NCBI GenBank assembly: GCA_000934665.2
Contig: JYFJ02002779.1
Span: 1 to 51,004 of the forward strand
DNA from: Catajapyx aquilonaris
Taxonomy: Eukaryota
Reading direction: 5' to 3'
Length of the DNA: 51,004 bases
In this document: positions 47,762-51,004 of the stretch, piece after piece
Layout: each line of letters opens with the position of its first letter
Position numbering within the stretch: the first letter of the stretch is position 1
Notes under the pieces: model-generated
The model's database searches: none
Told to the model about the DNA's origin: nothing
The model's input: only the letters and a program-made list of their open reading frames with translations
Program-made: the position numbers and the translations under genes

Positions 47762-48153
47762 TCTTGATGTAATGTACTGTAACAATACACGCTTAAAAAT
47801 AATTTTCAACAACTGCATTCATAATAATATTATTACCTCAACAATACATTTCCAGTGTGGCAAGAGGGGTACATACATAAGGGAAAATTGCTGTTCTCTC
47901 GACATCTATATAACCAAGACAATATCGCAATTAATTTTATGATCCACCATCAAGTTGTGAGCAATAGCCGCTCATCAGTAATACTTGGGTGTAGCCATGT
48001 AGGCCTATTGCAAGACAGATCGTTTGGGTTTGGGTGGGAATGCAAGTTATCTAAATTGTGGGGGCTTAAATTGATATCTTGGGCAATGTCGCACTTTTTT
48101 AACGCGTTGTAAACGTTCTTATCCTGGAGCTGAAATGCAAAGGGATAGAGTTT

Positions 48154-48161
48154 TATATAAA
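48154..48161 (+). promoter_or_regulatory. TATA box of the last CBM14 gene
   Basis: TATATAAA, 56 nt upstream of ATG 48210. Confidence 0.5.
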
Positions 48162-48209
48162 TGAGTCCCAGACTTGAAAAATTCAAGAGGAGCCGGACTT
48201 TGATTCAAA

Positions 48210-50062
48210 ATGTCCTTCTCATCGTCTCTTGCGATCATGGTAAGAACTCTCATGAATTTCTTGTTATAAAGTCAGTATAGTGGTTGACTACTATTTCTTG
48301 ATGTCTATTTCAGACATGTGTAGCTGTAATTTCAGCTACAACTGGGCAGACAACTACTAAAGGATACAGGTAAATGCGCATATATTTCCTTGCGCATATA
48401 GCCTATACTGTAGGTGATTTGCATGACAACTTTCTCAATGCTGTATTACTTTGTAATTCAGCTATGCATGTCCATATGTCGGCTTGTTTGCACACCCTGA
48501 GGACTGCCACAAGTTTTACTACTGCTCTGAGACTGACGACGAAGACTTGGTAGCAGAAGAAATGCACTGCCCGGAAGGAATGTTTTCAAAAGGAAGAAGG
48601 ACGTGCGTGCAGGAAGGAAAGGTCAGTTTCAGATGTGTGTTCTGAGATAGGTTTATATATAGACATTTCAACCGAACCGTATTAATTGTAATTTTCTTCA
48701 GGTGCAGACGTGCAGTGCCAAGAAGCCCTGATGTTGATGGCTCCTCGATCTCTAACATCCCAGTATGGAAGTGTCTTTTGTTCTGACGATTGCACCAAAG
48801 TATTATATCGTATAATCACCCCTGATGGTGACGTAATTAGTAACACTGAAATCATGTGATACAGCTCATTCAGAATATTGCATATTAGGTAGTTGCAAAT
48901 CTGTAAGAAACCCAAACAAATGCAAAACTGATATGTATGCGTGTGTACCAGACGGCCCCTTCCTCAATTTTCCTGACTCAAAATACTGCGGAGGATACTT
49001 TGTGTGTTCTCCGATGGATACACGACCAGCATATTTTAATTGCACAGATCTTACAGGTGATAATTCGCTCATTTTCAATCCAGATGATTGGGACATGATT
49101 GGGCCTTGCACATTAAATTACACTGATGACAACTGCCGCACTACAAATCTCCCTGAAAACGTTTGCCAGAATGGAGTGTCTGGTCCCCACCCTGTGGAGA
49201 ATTTCTGTGAATATTTTTACTACTGTGAACCGTCGAAAAATCCAGATATCTTTCAAGTGACAATGTATCATTGCGATACGGGTCAAGGGTTTAGTCCCTC
49301 TTCTAAAAAATGCATTCCATTAAGCCAAATTCCAGAATGTTCTTCTGAAAGCCGTAACTGCGTAACTGAAGGATATTTTCAGGAGAAAGAGGATAATTGC
49401 ACCGGAAATTATTACGTTTGCTTATCAGCTCCATCAGGAAACTTGATACAAACTCGGGCAACATGTAAAAATAGCATGATTTTTGATAGTGTTTCAAAAA
49501 AGTGCAAAACATCTGTAAGTTACTGTCCCTCATTGGCCTCATGCACTGGCAAACCCAACGGTTTTTATCCCTCTGGAAGTGAATATTCACGAAAGTACTA
49601 CATATGCATCAAAGGTAAGATGTATAATAATAATAATTAATCAGCAATGAGAAAGCATGCAAGAGGGACGTTCATAAAGTACGTACCATCGCATCGCCTT
49701 GAAGGAAAAGAGAAACTTGCAATTTGAACAGTTTCTCTCTTTTCCTAGTTCAACGCGATGGTACGAACTGTATGAACCGATATGAACGCCCTTCGAATAT
49801 GATCCTGCTACATAAAATTTCGACTTGCGTGAAAATGTCCCCTCGTGTAATGACGAGTTTGTAACAGATGTTCCGATTAATCCTACATTATTTTAAGTAG
49901 GAAAGTATCCTGTACCTGGCCTTTCGAAGTGCAATTTGATTCATTAGCCTACCGTATACTACATTGGCGTAAGTGGACAAATTACAGATAGGTCAGGTTG
50001 TAACCTGTCCAGCTGGTAGAATTTACGATCCTGCGAGATACTTCTGCGTACTTGGTAGATAG
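48210..50062 (+). pseudogene. Peritrophin-like multi-CBM14 pseudogene
   Basis: Exons 48210-48239, 48314-48369 and 48462-48621 are intact. Exon 4 (~48702 onward) has a frameshift near 48845, an open stretch to 49640, an AAT-rich insertion, a MITE, then stop-interrupted CBM14 remnants (YDPAT*NFDLRENVPSC, TCPAGRIYDPARYFC). Confidence 0.8.
49664..49792. mobile_element. Palindromic MITE inserted in a CBM14 domain of the pseudogene
   Basis: agggacgttcata..cgtaccatcgc..ggaaaagagaaact pairs with agtttctctcttttcc..gcgatggtacg..tatgaacgccct. Confidence 0.75.
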
Positions 50063-50321
50063 GTTCCAAAATATCGGTATTACCGGATTGGGAATGATTA
50101 AGTAGAGATAGTTTACAAGCTTACAATTTTTAGCAGACCTCAGGGTTAAATTTTGCATTTAAGCTGGTCTATTTCACACTCTTGTAACCAGTGTATCATG
50201 CTGAAATAAAGTTTTCATTGCATTGAATTTTACTTCCTGTTATTTCATGTAATATTCCTCGCTTTCGTTTTCATCTAATATTTGTCCGAGATTGGCATTC
50301 AGAAATTTCATCATAACTGTA

Positions 50322-51004
50322 CAGAGTGAGCAAGAAGTCCCTGTACCCCTGCCGTATTTAGTCAACTGAGCCTATTTCTGTGGATTTTTTCCGTAGGTTG
50401 GCAACACTGTACCTTCACCCTTCATATTAGCAGATCATTCAATCGAAGTGAAGAAAACCAGTCACACCAGAATGGCAGACACACACCCTTAAGTGTCGGT
50501 TAGTTTGGGTGTTTTACATATCCTCAATCAAACCACTCAAGATTGTCCAACTTCAATATACGTGTATGACTGTATCAATTGAAACTAACAATTAGGAGGG
50601 ACTGACAGGTGTCAGTTTATGGCTCAAATGACTGACGCATGGCAGGTTTTTAACATTTTTTACTAAGACTAAACTATATGACCACTTCCTGCAGATACGT
50701 GCCTAAAGCCATTATTAAAGCCTACAACATAGTATGTATACTGTACCTTGTGCGTAGCCTAAATGAATTACAGTATGTGCCCTGATTCTATGGGGGTTTT
50801 TACCTTACAGTTACATAAGGAGATTGTTAGTTATGGAGCTATTGAAATAAATTGTAGTACTGTACAATTTAAAAATCGCCCGTTTTGAATCGGCCATATC
50901 TCGGCTGTGTTGTAGTGTGGTAAGTAACAAGCACTTGAGATGTAATAATCACTGAGATGTATTAATCACTACTTGATACACTTGGATATTGGCGGAGGGA
51001 TGTG
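50322..51004. mobile_element. Possible Tc1/mariner-derived non-autonomous sequence
   Basis: TA|CAGAGTGAGCAAGAAGTCCCTGTACCC resembles Tc1-type TIR starts, and ggccatatctcggc occurs near 50895. No partner TIR seen. Confidence 0.3.

Noticed and set aside
46670..47818. 382-aa minus-strand ORF
   Set aside because: Antisense shadow of GC-rich exon 4 of the CBM14 gene, with no recognisable motifs.
49615..49644. 30-nt GT-AG mini-intron that might rescue the last gene
   Set aside because: Too short, and splicing it does not restore the frame of the following KAC motif.
1..51004. CRISPR arrays, rRNA genes or prokaryotic operons
   Set aside because: No repeat-spacer array or rRNA-like sequence was seen; genes are intron-containing eukaryotic genes.

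Overview
Eukaryotic genomic DNA, most likely arthropod (inferred from the peritrophin family, short GT-AG introns and tRNA-SINEs). It is dominated by a cluster of secreted, Cys-rich chitin-binding type-2 (CBM14/peritrophin-A) genes that share one 4-exon plan with intron phases 0-2-0. The cluster has five tandem minus-strand copies at about 8.0-21.0 kb (three intact, two frameshifted), the first two exons of a sixth at 1.5 kb, a divergent plus-strand copy (21.8-27.1 kb), and two more plus-strand copies at 46.3-50.1 kb (one intact, one pseudogene). Each protein carries an unusual 8-Cys CBM14-like module. A convergent housekeeping pair splits the cluster: EF-hand protein swiprosin-1/EFHD2 (+) and the mitochondrial pyrimidine-nucleotide carrier SLC25A36/Rim2 (-). 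Mobile DNA includes a nested stack at 2.9-7.2 kb (long-TIR element > internally deleted Helitron > tRNA-SINE), a 216-bp mini-Helitron, several tRNA-SINEs with TSDs, TTAA-flanked and palindromic MITEs, and microsatellites. Exon boundaries were read by eye; no database searches were run.
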